A DNA stretch of 63,712 bases, filler included, from Octopus bimaculoides (lineage: Eukaryota), in assembly GCF_001194135.2 (NCBI RefSeq). It is 6 parts of 6 records of this genome, joined end to end, with 100 filler letters (N's around TTAATTAATTAA, not from the genome) between each part and the next. Parts side by side here need not be neighbours in the genome. Positions count along the whole stretch, not along the records: positions 43,026 to 51,748 come from NC_068989.1; positions 51,849 to 58,787 come from NC_068982.1; positions 58,888 to 63,712 come from NC_068996.1; 3 more parts are not named here. One strand, given 5' to 3'. Shown here in pieces: positions 50,483-63,712 of the stretch. Numbering within the stretch: the stretch's first letter is position 1; every line of letters begins with the position of its first letter. The position numbers and the translations under genes were made by a program. The notes under the pieces were generated by a model. The model was not told the DNA's origin and did no database searches. It saw only the letters and a program-made list of their open reading frames with translations.

Positions 50483-51552
50483 TATTTGCTTAATACTTAG
50501 GTATAATGCCAAACACTTAGTATATATTTCACACTCAGTATAATATTTTGTATAGTATCGTATACTGATTTCCCTTGCCGTGAAATTATGAGTAGATCTT
50601 ATATCATTTATTTAAAGTTTTCTGGGTATGAAACAAACTTAGAATTATATATTTATATTAATATCAGATGCTAAATCGAGGGAAACACAAAATGGAAATT
50701 CCATCGTATTCTTCTTTTCTATTTACTCTCATAAATGATTTACAATTTTAAGGACAAACAATATATATTTGTTACAAAATGTTGTGTTCTAGAAGAAAAG
50801 GTTTCGAATAACGCCTACACACACGCACACACACGAACACACAGGCACATACACACACACATTTCGGGTAAATCCTCATGTATGACATAAATCAATTAGA
50901 AATTCACCAATTTCGATTACCTTGATAAAGTTGCGTTGACATAAATTTTCGTACGTAATAACGATAGTAATATCTACGTATAAACCAGCGAGCTGGCAGA
51001 ATCGTTAGCACGCTGGGCGAAATACTCAGCGGTATTTCGTCTGCTGCTAAGTTCTGAGTTCAAATTCTTTGCATTCACCGTGCGTAGGGTATTCTGATAC
51101 CCTACTTTATTTGTATAATATATGTATATACGTTAAACTTGCTGGCCACTTCAATAATAATAATGATAAGAATATTTTATTTAATTTTATAAATATATAT
51201 GGATGTACCTGTATGTGTACACGCACACACACACACACACACACACTCACATACAAACGCACATATATATATACATACGAATGTATGTATGTATAAACTT
51301 CAAATTTCGAGTTAGAACAGCTCTATATTGTAGATATTATCGACGTTACATATTTAATGTATGTAAGCTGTTAGACACTTTTAGGCTAAAATATATGCCA
51401 TCAACCGCTTGTTTATTCAGTGAGAATCTTGCAATCGATATTTATGGCAAGCGGGAATTAACCCCCACCACCCTAGCCCCGGGACTTCCGTACTATGTAG
51501 TTTCAATCTCTATTTGATCTCCTTGGTGGTGGGTACTGCTTCTATATACTAT

Positions 51553-51748
51553 TTTACTCTTTTACTTGTTTCAGCCATTTGACAGCGCCCACGCTAGAGT
51601 ACCGCCTTTAGTCGAGCAAATCGACCCCAGTACTTATTCTTTGTAAGCCTAGTAGTTATTCTATCGAACCCATTTCCCCGAACCGCTAAGTTACGGGGAC
51701 GCAAATACACCACCATCGGTTGTCAAGCGATGTTGGGGGGACAAACAC
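51553..51748 (-). mobile_element. SINE family B copy (3' half)
   Basis: Reverse complement of gtgtttgtcccccaacatcgcttgacaaccgatg...ggggtcgatttgctcgactaaaggcggt...aaacaagtaaaagag. Confidence 0.85.
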
Positions 51749-52054
51749 NNNNNNNNNNNNNNNNNNNNNNNNNNNNNNNNNNNNNNNNNNNNTTAATTAA
51801 TTAANNNNNNNNNNNNNNNNNNNNNNNNNNNNNNNNNNNNNNNNNNNNTTCTTCTTCTTCTTCTTCTTTCTTGCCCTCCTAACTTAAGCCCTTGTATATA
51901 GTATAGCACGAACATCACCAAAGTTCCATTAACCTTTCCAGAGATTTTTAAAAAAAGCCATTTTGTAAGCGAATGTATGGCGGTCTGATTAAGGAATTCG
52001 CTTCGCCTGCGCGTATTTTCATGCTCAGTTTCGACAACTGTCTTTTACTAGAGG

Positions 52055-52117
<63 letters not shown>

Positions 52118-54000
52118 TCTAAGAATCCATGCATCAGAAAAACGCAGGGACTCGTATATTGCCTAAAAGAAGGTATATCAATATCAGACCCAACTCTGGT
52201 CAGCTAATAATATCTGACTAGTACCATCTAAACATAAGAGATAATCCCTGAGTGCATCGCTCGGTAACTCTCTTCGCATTGGTAGTGAGCGTGCCTGTCG
52301 AATTAGCAGAGAAATAAATAGTGCTAGAGCTCCCTCAACAAGTTTGGAGTAAAGCAATCGCTTTTGTTAGACTTCGTGGACGACTTGGAGCAATATGACA
52401 ACAATGTTGATAGCTAATAGATCCTCTAGGGTTTGAATAAGTTCATATCGTGGGCGTTTTTCAAGTTGCGAATAGATCAGATCCTGACTGTCACAGAAAG
52501 AACAGAAGTGTTCTGAAGATCTGGTTGAGAACTGTTGACACATCTGGGCTAAAAAAACAAAACAAAAAAAAAACCAAAAGAAAGAAAAAATTTAAGACCT
52601 GTGTCTTCCAGTATGGTATCATCCTAAGAAAGCTCTGGCTTCTACTCTTCCATGAAATGCATATGATTGTCATACATGTAGAAGGCATTGAGTACGGGGT
52701 GAGCAGCCATCTCTACAGATGGCTTGGTTTGCTGTGCAGCTCATAAACTATATTGACAGTACGGGAAGTGTAACACGGACACATGCAATACATCGGTTTG
52801 AGAGATGCCAAAGTTCCGGGTGCTGGGATTACCTTGAAGATAGAGAGGAAGCAAAGTGCAGCCGAAAAATTCAAGCAGTATCGACCCCGCTAAATCACGG
52901 ATCTCTCCTAGAAAGTGTAACACAGAACAGAGCCGAATTCAGTTCAACATCAACCTAATATGAACTGCTAGTAAAAAAAGGTATGAGTTTCAGTGGATGA
53001 AGCGCAAGTAAGCAGAGCTGTTGCAATAAGAAAACGAGAAAACGCAATGATTACATCTGCAACATAGGTCTTTTCGAACAGCGATGACCTAAGGTTAAAG
53101 AGCAACAATAACAACCACTTGAATATATAAATGTTATTAAAGCATTCCAACCCAAACGCATGCGTGTATGCATGTGAGCGCGTTCGCATATATGAACAAC
53201 GGCTTTTCTTTTATACAGTTCGTTAAATACACGATGTCTTCAAGTTTTATTTTTCTAATTAAGATTTGTCGTAGTTTCATATTAGCTCTTCTGCAGTTAG
53301 TTTGAAACAATAAAGTTCCTAAAATTCACATTCGATCTCTGCGGACCTTCGCAGCGTTATCTTTAAAAAACCGAATACACTTGATGTCCGCGTTGAGCCA
53401 GAAACACATCCTCTTATCTTCAGATAGTAAGCATGTTCCTTTCCTTGATGGCATATTAATTTTGGAAAATCCTTGAATTTTGAGATTGTTTCCCTTTCTC
53501 AAGTACTGTTGGTCCTAATTGCCATTTGTTTATTATGATACGTCTGGGATGTGGCATTAAACTGTATCCGGTGGTGATTCTCTAGTTCGTGAGTTCTGAA
53601 TATGTAGAGAGCGTGGAGCTACCCCTTAATTACTGTTAATCCCTGGTCCGTTCTCATCCGGAACGGTTGCAACTGCCAGGGTCCCATCTATGGGTTAGAT
53701 AGGTGTTTGTGAGGGTGAACTGAGCTCCTTAACTGCAATGAAACAGTCAATCTAGGAAAAGAAAAAGTTCGAAATTAATACCCTCTCCCAACATGCCCTG
53801 AGCCAGCACGGAAGAGTATGGATGAGATATGTCCAATAACAAATTCATACTATAGAGGCAACTATCTCATTAGTGCGCATTTTATCGCAAGCGGAGATAG
53901 TGGGAGATGATGATGATGAATTTTGATACATCCTGTAGAGGCGAAGCTAATCTTTACAAATCAAGAATTAATGTTATATGGTATTAGATATACCTGTATT

Positions 54001-56300
54001 CAGAGGCGGATCTATAATATTCGGGCCCCGAAGCTTAACATATTATGGGGACCCTCTTTACAACCAGCAATAGTAGGATAACATCCAACAAGAGTCAAAG
54101 AATGTTCGTGCCCTTGCAAGGAACTCCAGCCTTGAGGCCCTGATAGCCCCAATGGTGGAGTGGTGATGTGGAGTCCTTAAAAGTGTGCCTGACAGTGAGC
54201 CCCCTTTCCACCAGAAACAAAGTGTGGATAATCACCAATATCTTTGTCGATGTAGTTGTTCCGTGGCAGATCACCACAATTTTCTTTACAAATTCAAGCA
54301 CTATATTTCAGATTGTGATTCTCAAAGTCACTGGTGTGAACAAATATTTTTCAGGCTATGCTTTATACTTTTAGAGTTATGGGGGTTGAAAATTAGGGAA
54401 GCATTATATACATGCATGATGCATCATAGAATAAAGACATAAAGCATAACAAATATCATGGTCAATATAATCTAATATTAAGATTATATTTCAGATACAT
54501 ATGAAAATTACAAAAATACACTTTTTTTTTCTTGCAGCAACGTATTCCCTTACAGTTTTGTCACACGAGAGCTTCCTTGCAATGTCATTTTCTAGAGACA
54601 ATATGCATAAGGAATTTAAGTGCTCTTCAGTCATGCTAGACCAAAATTTATTCTTTATAAAGGAAGGCTTTAAGAAATTCCTCTCTGCTTCACAGCTCAT
54701 GATAGGCATTGTCGAGTACAGCTTAAGTGCAGTGGTAATATTAAGGAACACTTCAATTAATTGTTGCACATAAATAAGCTGAAGAATTTCAGTGCATTGC
54801 ATTCTAGATGGTGCGTTTTCTTCTGTGTTCCGGGATTTCCTAAGGTGTAAAGAATCTTTGAACTGATAACACTCATCTATTAATTTGTAGTCAATATTGT
54901 TTTTGTAATTTAATATAAGTTCGATATTGTCCTCATCAAATTCTGAATTGTTTATCAATTCTGAGAGAAACTTGAACCCTTTTGCAATCTACTCATATGG
55001 CTCCATCCTCTTGCTTAACTGGATTATCAAACAGTCATAGACTTGATTTAGAACTTCTACCCTAAATTTTTCAGCCCCTTTCAAAGAAGCCCTATCACTT
55101 GTTCCATCTGCAAATTTCTTTGTAACAATGTATTTGGAATAATTTGAGGTGATATATTCACATAAACCTTTCGCTACTGATTTATAGTATGCAATCCTGT
55201 CGGCTAAATTTTCTCATAGTTCTTTAACAAATGAAAGCAAAGATGCTAGCAGAAGGTAACTTTCCAATACATCAGAACCAGGGTTTGGAATTTCTTACTT
55301 GCTTTGTTAAAATGCTCCATAACTTCTTTCCAAATGGCTGTTAAAACAGCATATTCCAATTTTACCAATTTGTGGTATAAATTCTTTGCATCTCGCTTAC
55401 ATTCAGGCTTCTCTTTTAAATCTTCAAATATATGTTTGAGAGTCTATAAAATATCCCTATGTCCATTTTTAACTACCCAGATTACTTCATAGTGTGCAGA
55501 TCGTCTAGTTACGCTGAGGCTCTTTAGAGAAAAGCCTAGATTGCCCCGTGTATTTAAAACCCCACCGTCTTCGAGGAGATTCAGAAAAGAAAACATACAG
55601 CTGCTGCAAGATGCCAAAATAGTCAACAACTTTAGGTACAGTAGACATTGCTTTTCTCCAAAAAGGTTGAGCGAATGGCTTGCACACGGTACATAGTGTG
55701 CATACCTGTTAATGTTTTTTAAAAAGTGCTTGTAACCTTTTCTCTAAGCCCTTCATGTTGGAAGCATTATCATATAACTGACCACAGATATTTTCAAGTG
55801 AAAATTTATGCTCCCCTAGAAATTGTGTTATTTTGTTGAACAAGGTCGTGGATGAATGGTTTTCTATTGGCAAAAATGCTAAAAATCTCTCACAGGGTTT
55901 TCCATTATAACAGTATCGAACTACGATTCTCGGTCAGGTGTAGGAGTCAACAAGAATTGAGTAGTATTCGGTGTCAAGGTTGTTGATCCAATTCACCACT
56001 TCATCTTTCAATTGTTTTCCCATGATTTCTATCGATTCTTCATACGCAGATTTGGATAGGTAAGTAATATTTAATTTTTCATTTTTATATTTCTGTAAAT
56101 GTTCATGTAAAAATGGATCAAACTCCACAATAAGCTCAATGGCCCCTGTGAAATTTCCATTGTTTGGGGAGCCTCACTTTTTCTCATGACCTCTAAATCA
56201 CGTGATCTGGTAAAATCTGACGTCCGCAACTGACAATTCTCGTCTGCCAGATATATAAATATGGATGCTTTTATGCTCCATGCGTCCATTTGAGAAGTCC
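54001..56300 (-). mobile_element. Decayed hAT-superfamily transposon (ZMYM1/DUF4371-type transposase plus hATC dimerisation domain)
   Basis: Minus strand PNNGNF..IELIVEFDPFLHEHL...YLSK...YYSILVDS, YDNASNMKG, YVPCASHSLNL, MPIMSCEAERNF...LNSLCILSLENDI. One terminus begins CAGAGGCGGATCT at 54001; the other TIR was not found. Confidence 0.85.
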
Positions 56301-56562
56301 TCTCAAGGTAAATAACGTTGTATTCAGTGCTCTAACACAAATCCACGCTAAGTTGAATATAAAGATTGCCTCTTGGTATGAAGACTGCTTCTATAATTAT
56401 TGATTATGTATGTATGTATGTACGTATGTATGTATGTATGTATGTATGTTATCAATCAGTTTCATTTTTGTATTTCTTGTCCATAGAGAAAGAGCCGGAC
56501 TCTAAAATAGATTCAAGGCTCCTTCAATGGAACTTTTATCAACATCATCTAGGTATTTGTGC

Positions 56563-56608
<46 letters not shown>

Positions 56609-57705
56609 TTTGGTGTTAGTGTATGCGCAGATTTGTATGTTTGTTTTATGGATGCGTTTTTATGTATATATTTTCATGTCTAGATGCATGCATATGTATT
56701 TATGTGCTACATTTTTGGAAAGTTTTACATATCTTTACAGTTCCATTGATGGCTTAAATCTGTAGTCTTCTAATCAGCCTTTTTCTTTCAGGTTTTGAGA
56801 ACCTTAATTTTTCCAGGTTTTTGTTGAGTATGTATGTATGTATGTATGTATGTATGTATGTATGTATATGTGTTTATGTATGTCATCATTCAGTATATTT
56901 CAAAATTTCTTGCCAATAGACAAAGAACCGGTTTCTAACCTAGATCCAAGACTCTTTCATTGAAATTTCAACCTCAACAGCAGGGTATGTATGTATGTAT
57001 GTATGTATGTATGTATGTATGTATGTATGTATGTATGTATGTATGTATGCGTATGTGTGTATGTATGTATGTATTTATGTTTGTATTTACGTACGTATGT
57101 ATGTACGCGAGCGTGTATGTGTATGTGTGTGTGTCTGTGTCTGTGTATGTACCTGATAGACATTTCATTTTGTCAACCCCTGAAGAGATATGAAAAGTTA
57201 AAGAATCCAGCCAGGGGATAACCTTTTGAAAGCTCTCCAATGTCATATAATGCGCTCAGTTACCAGCACGTGCTTTTACTTTTTAAAAATTTTGAACATT
57301 TTTTTTCATTATAAATAATGTATACTTTCGTTTTTATCTTGTTCTGCTTGATTATTTCTTTCAATATCCAAGGGATTGATTTCTACTGAATAAAATCATT
57401 TGAATCGACTCCTCCGCCCGTCCGTCAGTGTGTGTGTGTGTGTATGTGTGTGTGTCGCTCACATTACTTTTTCCATATTGACCTCGATGAATGAAAAGGA
57501 AAAGCGACATTGGCAGGATGTAAACTTCAAATCCAGCGGAGTGAAAGTAAACGATTCAGATACTGAAATCCCGCGCGGCGTGGTCTCGGCAACATCAAAA
57601 GTCAAATACAAATGTACGTTTATACACAATACATATATCTACGAATGTAAATAACACTAGGAATCCCTCCAGGCGCATTATAATTGAAGTATTGTATGTG
57701 TATGT

Positions 57706-57742
<37 letters not shown>

Positions 57743-57924
57743 GTCGCAGTTATGGTTGTCTGGTGAAGAAGTGCGCTTCACAACCACGTGGTTCCTGATC
57801 CAACCTTAGAGTAAGCTACCTATGCGAATGATAAATTTGGTAGATGGATACGTCAATGTGTGTGTGCGCGCGTGTGTGTACAAGCACATATGTACGTACG
57901 TACGTACGTACATACATACATACA

Positions 57925-57958
<34 letters not shown>

Positions 57959-57960
57959 CA

Positions 57961-57991
<31 letters not shown>

Positions 57992-58150
57992 CGGGGCAGG
58001 CGAGGCTGTGTGGTAAGAAGTTTGCTTCCCAACCATAGGGTTCCGGGTTCCGGGTTCAGTCTCACGACGAAGCACCTTGGGCATGTTTCTTCTACAATAG
58101 AATCCTTGTGAGTGGATATGGTAGACGGAAACTGAAAGAAGCCCATCATG
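57992..58150 (+). mobile_element. SINE family B copy (internally deleted)
   Basis: ggctgtgtggtaagaagtttgcttcccaacc...ccttgtgagtggatatggtagacggaaactgaaagaagccc. Confidence 0.8.
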
Positions 58151-58429
58151 TTACAGTAACTCTTATAAACTGACAAGGCGAGCTAGCTTAATCCTAGGCG
58201 CCGGGTAAGAGTCATTGACGAGCATTAATAAAAATACGAAATCACTAGCGATCTGTAGGGAGCTTGCCTCCCTTGTCAGTCTTCAGATAAGTGCTTTATC
58301 GCAGCTAAGAGTTGTTTTGACTCTTATTTCTAGCAATGCTGGTGCTTACTAGCATCCTTATTTACTTTAGTGCCTTTCGGTTGTAAACTGCGAATAAGCC
58401 ACCTTTATTACAAATATATATATACAATA

Positions 58430-58787
58430 GGCGTAGGAGTGGCTGTGTGGTAAGTAGCTTGCTTACCAACCACATGGTCCCGAGTTCAGTCCCACTGCGT
58501 GGCATCTTGGGCAAGTGTCTTCTACTATAGCCTCGGGCCGACCAATGCCTTGTGAGTGGATTTGGTAGACGGAAACTGAAAGAAGCCTGTCGTATATATG
58601 TATATATATATATATATGTATGTGTGTATGTGTTTGGATGTCTGTGTTTGTCCCCTCAACATCGCTTGACAACCGATGCTGGTGTGTTTATGTCCCCGTA
58701 ACTTAGCGGTTCGGCAAAAGAGACCGAAAGAATAAGTACTAGGCTTCCAAAGAATAAGTCCTGGGGTCGATTTGCTCGACTAAAGGC
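58430..58787 (+). mobile_element. SINE family B, most complete copy (tRNA-like head, (TA)(TG) linker, 3' body)
   Basis: ggcgtaggagtggctgtgtggtaagtagcttgcttaccaaccacatggtcccgagttcagtccc (A/B boxes) through ggggtcgatttgctcgactaaaggc. Confidence 0.9.
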
Positions 58788-59157
58788 NNNNNNNNNNNNN
58801 NNNNNNNNNNNNNNNNNNNNNNNNNNNNNNNTTAATTAATTAANNNNNNNNNNNNNNNNNNNNNNNNNNNNNNNNNNNNNNNNNNNNCCCTCCTCTTCCC
58901 TCTTCTTCCCTCTTCTTCCCTCTTCTTCTTCTTCTTCTTCTTCTTCTTCTTCTTCTTCTTCTTCTTCTTCTTCTTCCTCCCTCTTCTTCTTCCTCCTCTT
59001 TTTCTTCCTTTCCTTCATCCTTCCTTTATCGTTCCTTCATCCTTCTCTTCCTCTCCTTGACCCCCTCTTCATCATACTCTTCACCTTCTTCATCCGTTTC
59101 ACTCTCCTCCTCCTCGTCATCATCATCATCATCTTCATCAACAACAACAGCAGCAGC

Positions 59158-59202
<45 letters not shown>

Positions 59203-59328
59203 TAATAGCAAAAACCATACAAGCTAACGAAGCAGCCTTCATGGAGTCATTCGATTTGCTGGAATTAGAAGTAAAATTTTGCCTCAGTGTATTGTACATA
59301 ATCGTTCCTGAATAAACGGACATATGAA

Positions 59329-59379
<51 letters not shown>

Positions 59380-59389
59380 CGTAGGCTTA

Positions 59390-59745
59390 GCTTGTCTTCT
59401 ACTATAGCCTCGGGCCGACCAAAGTCGCGTAAATGGATTTGGTAGACGTAAACCGAAAGAAGCCCGTTGTATTTATATATGTATTTGTGTGTGTTGTGTG
59501 TGTGTGTGTGTCTTCCACCACCGCCACCACTTGACAACCGGTGTTGTGTGCTTACGTCCCCGTAATATAGCGGTTCGGTAAAAGAGACCGATAGAATATA
59601 AGTACTAGGCTTTTAAAAAAATAATAAGACCTGGGGTTGATTTGTTCGACTAAAGAGAAACGAAAAAAAAACCTTTGAAGGCGGTGCTCTAGCATGGCCA
59701 CAGTCAAATGCCTGAAACGGATAAAAGAAAAGAATAAAAGAATAT
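59390..59745 (+). mobile_element. SINE family B copy (5'-truncated)
   Basis: gtcttctactatagcctcgggccgacc...gaaggcggtgctctagcatggccacagtcaaatg...aaaagaataaaagaat. Confidence 0.85.
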
Positions 59746-60417
59746 GTTGTCTTAGATATTAAAAGAAAGGAATGCTGCAATGTCTCTGATCAAATATATA
59801 TCTGTTAAAGTAGGGTTGACATGGAGTTAAACAACAATAACATTAATAAGAAGGAAAATTAATCGCTACCGTCACCACCATGATAAGCATTATCTACAAC
59901 GCCAACAAAAGCAATCAAGAACACTGACAACAACAACAACAACAAAAGAACAAATCAAAAACACAAATATAAAAAAAAACCTATCCTCTTTATTCCTTAC
60001 ACCGTCTTTTATTTTCCCTCTGGTTCTTTCTTTCTCTCTGTCTTTCTCTTTCTCTACTTCGAATTCATATTCTGACTCCACCTTTTTTCTCCTCCCGCTG
60101 CACTTGAATAACATCTGTTTGCCTGTCTGTCTGTAGTGAGACCCAACTCAGGCCTCGCCCGTACCATCCTACTTACTACAATATAGATCAAATGACAAGA
60201 TGAAAAGACATGTGGGTCGCTTCTTAATGAAAGGGAGGAAACGATATCAGTGTTTAAACAAGGCCAATGTTGATGATGATGATGGTGATGATGACGAGGA
60301 CGACGGTGGTGGTGGTGGTGGTGGTGGTGGTGGTCGTAGCAGCGATAAAAGTAGTGACGTTAGTAGTTGTAGTGGTCGTGGTAGTGATAGCGACAATAAT
60401 GGTGTCGATGAATAAGG

Positions 60418-60590
60418 CGGCGCGAGCTGGCAGAATCGTTAGCACGCCGGGCGAAATGCTTAGCGGTATTTCGTCTGTCTTTACGTTCTGAGTTCAAATT
60501 CCGCCGTTGTCGACTTTACCTTTCATCCTTTCGGGTTCGATTAAATAAGTACCATAGCACTCTCCCTCAAAATTTCTGGCCTTGTGTCGG
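60418..60590 (+). mobile_element. SINE family A copy
   Basis: ggcggcgcgagctggcagaatcgttagcacgccgggcgaaatgcttagcggtatttcg...cctttcatcctttcggg. Confidence 0.85.
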
Positions 60591-61199
60591 TATGGTGTTC
60601 ATTGTATCAGTAACAGTGATGATGATGGTGGTGGGAGCGATGTCGTGGTCACGGTGGTGATAGAGGTGGTGTTGATGGTAAGGTTGGTGACATGGGTGAG
60701 TGTTGTTTGCCCCTGGGTCACCTGTAATTGAGGTAATGTATAAACTGAAGATTACCCAGCTGTGGCCACCCTTTGGAAGTAACCCCACAATCGCATTTTA
60801 AAGACGATATCAAGTGATCAGAAGAGAATTTGGCTGCTGTTTCTAGTATGCTGAACAGCCACGTATTGGATTCCACTATGCTTCGAGGCTGGGAATGGTG
60901 GTAGGAGTGGTACTACTAATGATGACAGAAGTGATGATGATAGGTGGTGGTGATGATAGTGGAAAGCATGATGATAATGGGGATAGTGGTAGTGGTGGTA
61001 GTAGTTATGGTGGTGGTGGTAGTGGTGATGATGATGAGAGTAGTAGTGGAGTGGTGGTGGTGGTGGTGCTGCTGTATTACTATAGGACTATAGGACTATT
61101 ACTATAGGACTATACATGAACCCTAGATCCTTATGCGTCATGGTATTCTTTAAAATCTAGTGGGAATTGGCCATGATTAGATATTTGTATTTTCTTTAA

Positions 61200-62010
61200 G
61201 AGAGCTGGAATTCTGAGTTCAGCGAAGATGAAGATTCGCTGTCTGCCATCTAAAATGCTGCCGATCACATATAGTCTTCTAATGAGCGGCGATGTTCTGA
61301 GCGTTGATGCAAAACTAACAAAGCCTTCTCTTGCAGAAGAATTTTGACTCAGGAATTACGGACAATTTTCAAAAGTTCCTGCTGTAAAACTCCTGAGGAT
61401 TGCCAGTTTGCGAAAAAATTTGCAAAAACACCTATAACATCAGTCTGGTCTTTCTGAGATGCATAGAATGCGTCGAAACTGTTCCCCTAGCTCTCACTAT
61501 GTAACCAAACATTGCTGATCTACAGAGTTATGTTGTTATGTGTAGAGAGAAGTCGACAGCCAGTCAAGTTCATCATGAAGGTCAATTTAATGTTTTCCTT
61601 TAGCAGAGAAGTTTTACTTTTCTTCGTGGCTATGGTGGTCGAAGCAGTCTTGCTAATTAAAAGCACTGATGAGAGAACAAGCCTTTTCGTTTAAGGAAGA
61701 TCTTTACGATCTTTTACAACAATCTATTAAGAATATAGGGGTAAAAATGACAAGTGCTGTCTATTGGTTTATATGCGAAAGTTGAATGATAATGTACATA
61801 ATTGCAACTTATGATCTGAGTGGAAAAGTTTACTCGCATGAGAGGCTGGTGAAACCTGGAAGAAAGTGGCTGCTCTTAGGAATGAAATTAATCTTGGATC
61901 TGTCCCCTCATCAGTCGTTGTAGTAGTAATTATAATACTAGTGGTAGCAGCAGCAGCAGAAGTCGTGGTGGTGTTAAAGACATTGTTAGTGTTGTTGCTG
62001 TTGTTGTTGC

Positions 62011-62056
<46 letters not shown>

Positions 62057-62242
62057 GGTAAAATTGGGGATGCTGGTTGTGTTGGTGTTGCTTCTGTTGA
62101 TGTCGGCAGCTGCGGCCACAGCAGCGCAACAGCAACGGCAACAGTAGCAGCAGCAGTAGCAGCAGCAGTAGCAGCAGCAGTAGCAGTAGTGCAACAGCAA
62201 CAGTAGCAGCAGTAGTAGTGGTAGTTGTGGTCATGGAGATTA

Positions 62243-62289
<47 letters not shown>

Positions 62290-62875
62290 TAACAATTTTT
62301 CTTTCCTGTTTCACAATTTCCATAGTGATTAATCATTGATTATGAATAGATAATAGTGTGTAATAAAAATCTTGCAACAGTTCTTTGATGCCATTTCAAG
62401 TGTTCCGCTTGGAATTAGATACATCAATACTTTACGTTATATATGGGCTATGACCAATAGATTCTATTCTTTGATAGCCTCGAAGAGTCTTTTTGCAACT
62501 GATTCTTTAGTCTTGATTCAGAGTAACCAAAGAGAACCTGTTATAGCAGAGATTATTCATTTTAATAATGTCCATCTCCAATTGTTTAATGTTTTTAGTT
62601 CCCTTTCTAATAATAATTCTATTTATTGGCATTGAGACATTTACTCGGTCTCTTCTTTGATAACCATATCTGGCCAGCTACAATAATATTTATTGTCTTT
62701 TGATAGATTTCCAGTTTCCTTGGGGTCAATGCTTCCGCCCATCGGGTGCGATATCTCAATAAAGGGTGCATGTTTTTCTTTCGACATCGATTATATTCGA
62801 CTGGCTTGCATTGTTCAATATCTATAGCTCCGTAAATCCATATCCTAAAGAATTGTAATTCTGTGTTATTCAATT
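61200..62875 (-). mobile_element. Possible highly degraded LINE (APE endonuclease region) split by a trinucleotide tract
   Basis: Minus-strand fragments FRIWIY.., TINIIVAGQIWL and FHSDHKLQLC loosely resemble APE motifs (I..WN, I..LQE.W, SDH). Weak evidence. Confidence 0.25.
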
Positions 62876-63406
62876 ATGATAATAAGGTGGTGAATTGACA
62901 AATCGAAAGAGAACTAGGTAGGATGATTTTTAGTAGTTGTTCCACCTCTCTGTGATCTGAGTTCAAATTCCACTAAAATTAATTATTAGCTGTAATCTTT
63001 TCGAATCTTATAAAGTCAAATACAGGAATCGATTCTTTTTCTGTCTGTCTGTCTGTACCTCTCCTCCTTTTTCCTTTTCCCTACCTTACTCTCACGCCAT
63101 CCACTCCCCTCTCTCCGCCCTGCCTCCCTCACCTCGCTCCTCTCCTCTCTTGAAATCTCTAGAGGGAGAGCTCCACGAGTTTTAAATACTGTATGTTTAA
63201 GTTTGTCAAAGCGGCACCCGTACGACTCGATCAGAAGTTGAGAACCCATCTGAATAAAAGATCTTAAAATATCCCTACATATATTGTAAGATACACAACT
63301 ATAACAGCTTTGTTATAGTTGTGTAAATCTAGCGGCTACTAAGAGACTATCATCTCATTAAACTGCCCTTACAAGCATCGTTTTGAATACCAATACCCTT
63401 GAATGA

Positions 63407-63455
<49 letters not shown>

Positions 63456-63712
63456 GTACTTAATCAGGAGTTAGAAATTTCAGAATCCAGTAAAAAAACT
63501 TCTATTTGTACAGTCAGTATTCTCTTCCTCAACCTCACTGTTCTTCAAACCAGTTGCAATTATGGTTGTTTAGCAACAGAACAGAAATATGTTCAAATGC
63601 ATTTAAATCAGTGTTTCTCAACCTTTTTACCCTTGCGTAACTCTTAAAATAAATTACATGTCTCAAAAAAGCCCAGCACACAAAAAAAACAACAACAACA
63701 ACAACATATATA

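Noticed and set aside
52450-52958. Overlapping 65-98 aa ORFs, possibly a LINE RT C-terminal relic
   Set aside because: No convincing conserved motif and no splice signals.

Overview
Eukaryotic, repeat-dense draft-assembly DNA with many N-gaps, AT-rich and very rich in microsatellites. The repeat repertoire resembles an octopod cephalopod such as Octopus (inference, no search run). Nearly all ORFs in the supplied track are microsatellite or N-gap artefacts, or transposon relics. The only host coding sequence I can support is a 309-nt + strand exon (30216-30524) with consensus splice sites that resembles the post-DNA-binding region of Nuclear Factor I (NFI). The window is therefore probably mostly intron of a large NFI-like gene. 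Two small candidate exons lie downstream (42407-42440, 44238-44297). Mobile elements: R4/Dong-type LINEs arrayed in (TAA)n tracts, two Penelope-like elements (RT and GIY-YIG), a Helitron helicase relic, several Tc1/mariner relics, a decayed hAT transposase, four palindromic MITEs (one Merlin-like, one with a central CCCTAA/TTAGGG palindrome) and many tRNA-type SINE copies. The most interesting signal is a set of minimal type-I hammerhead-ribozyme motifs. These include a head-to-head pair forming a ~340-bp palindrome ending 210 nt upstream of the NFI-like exon. Assembly artefacts are also present: an Illumina adapter remnant, TTAATTAATTAA gap linkers and overlap duplications at 10-N gaps.
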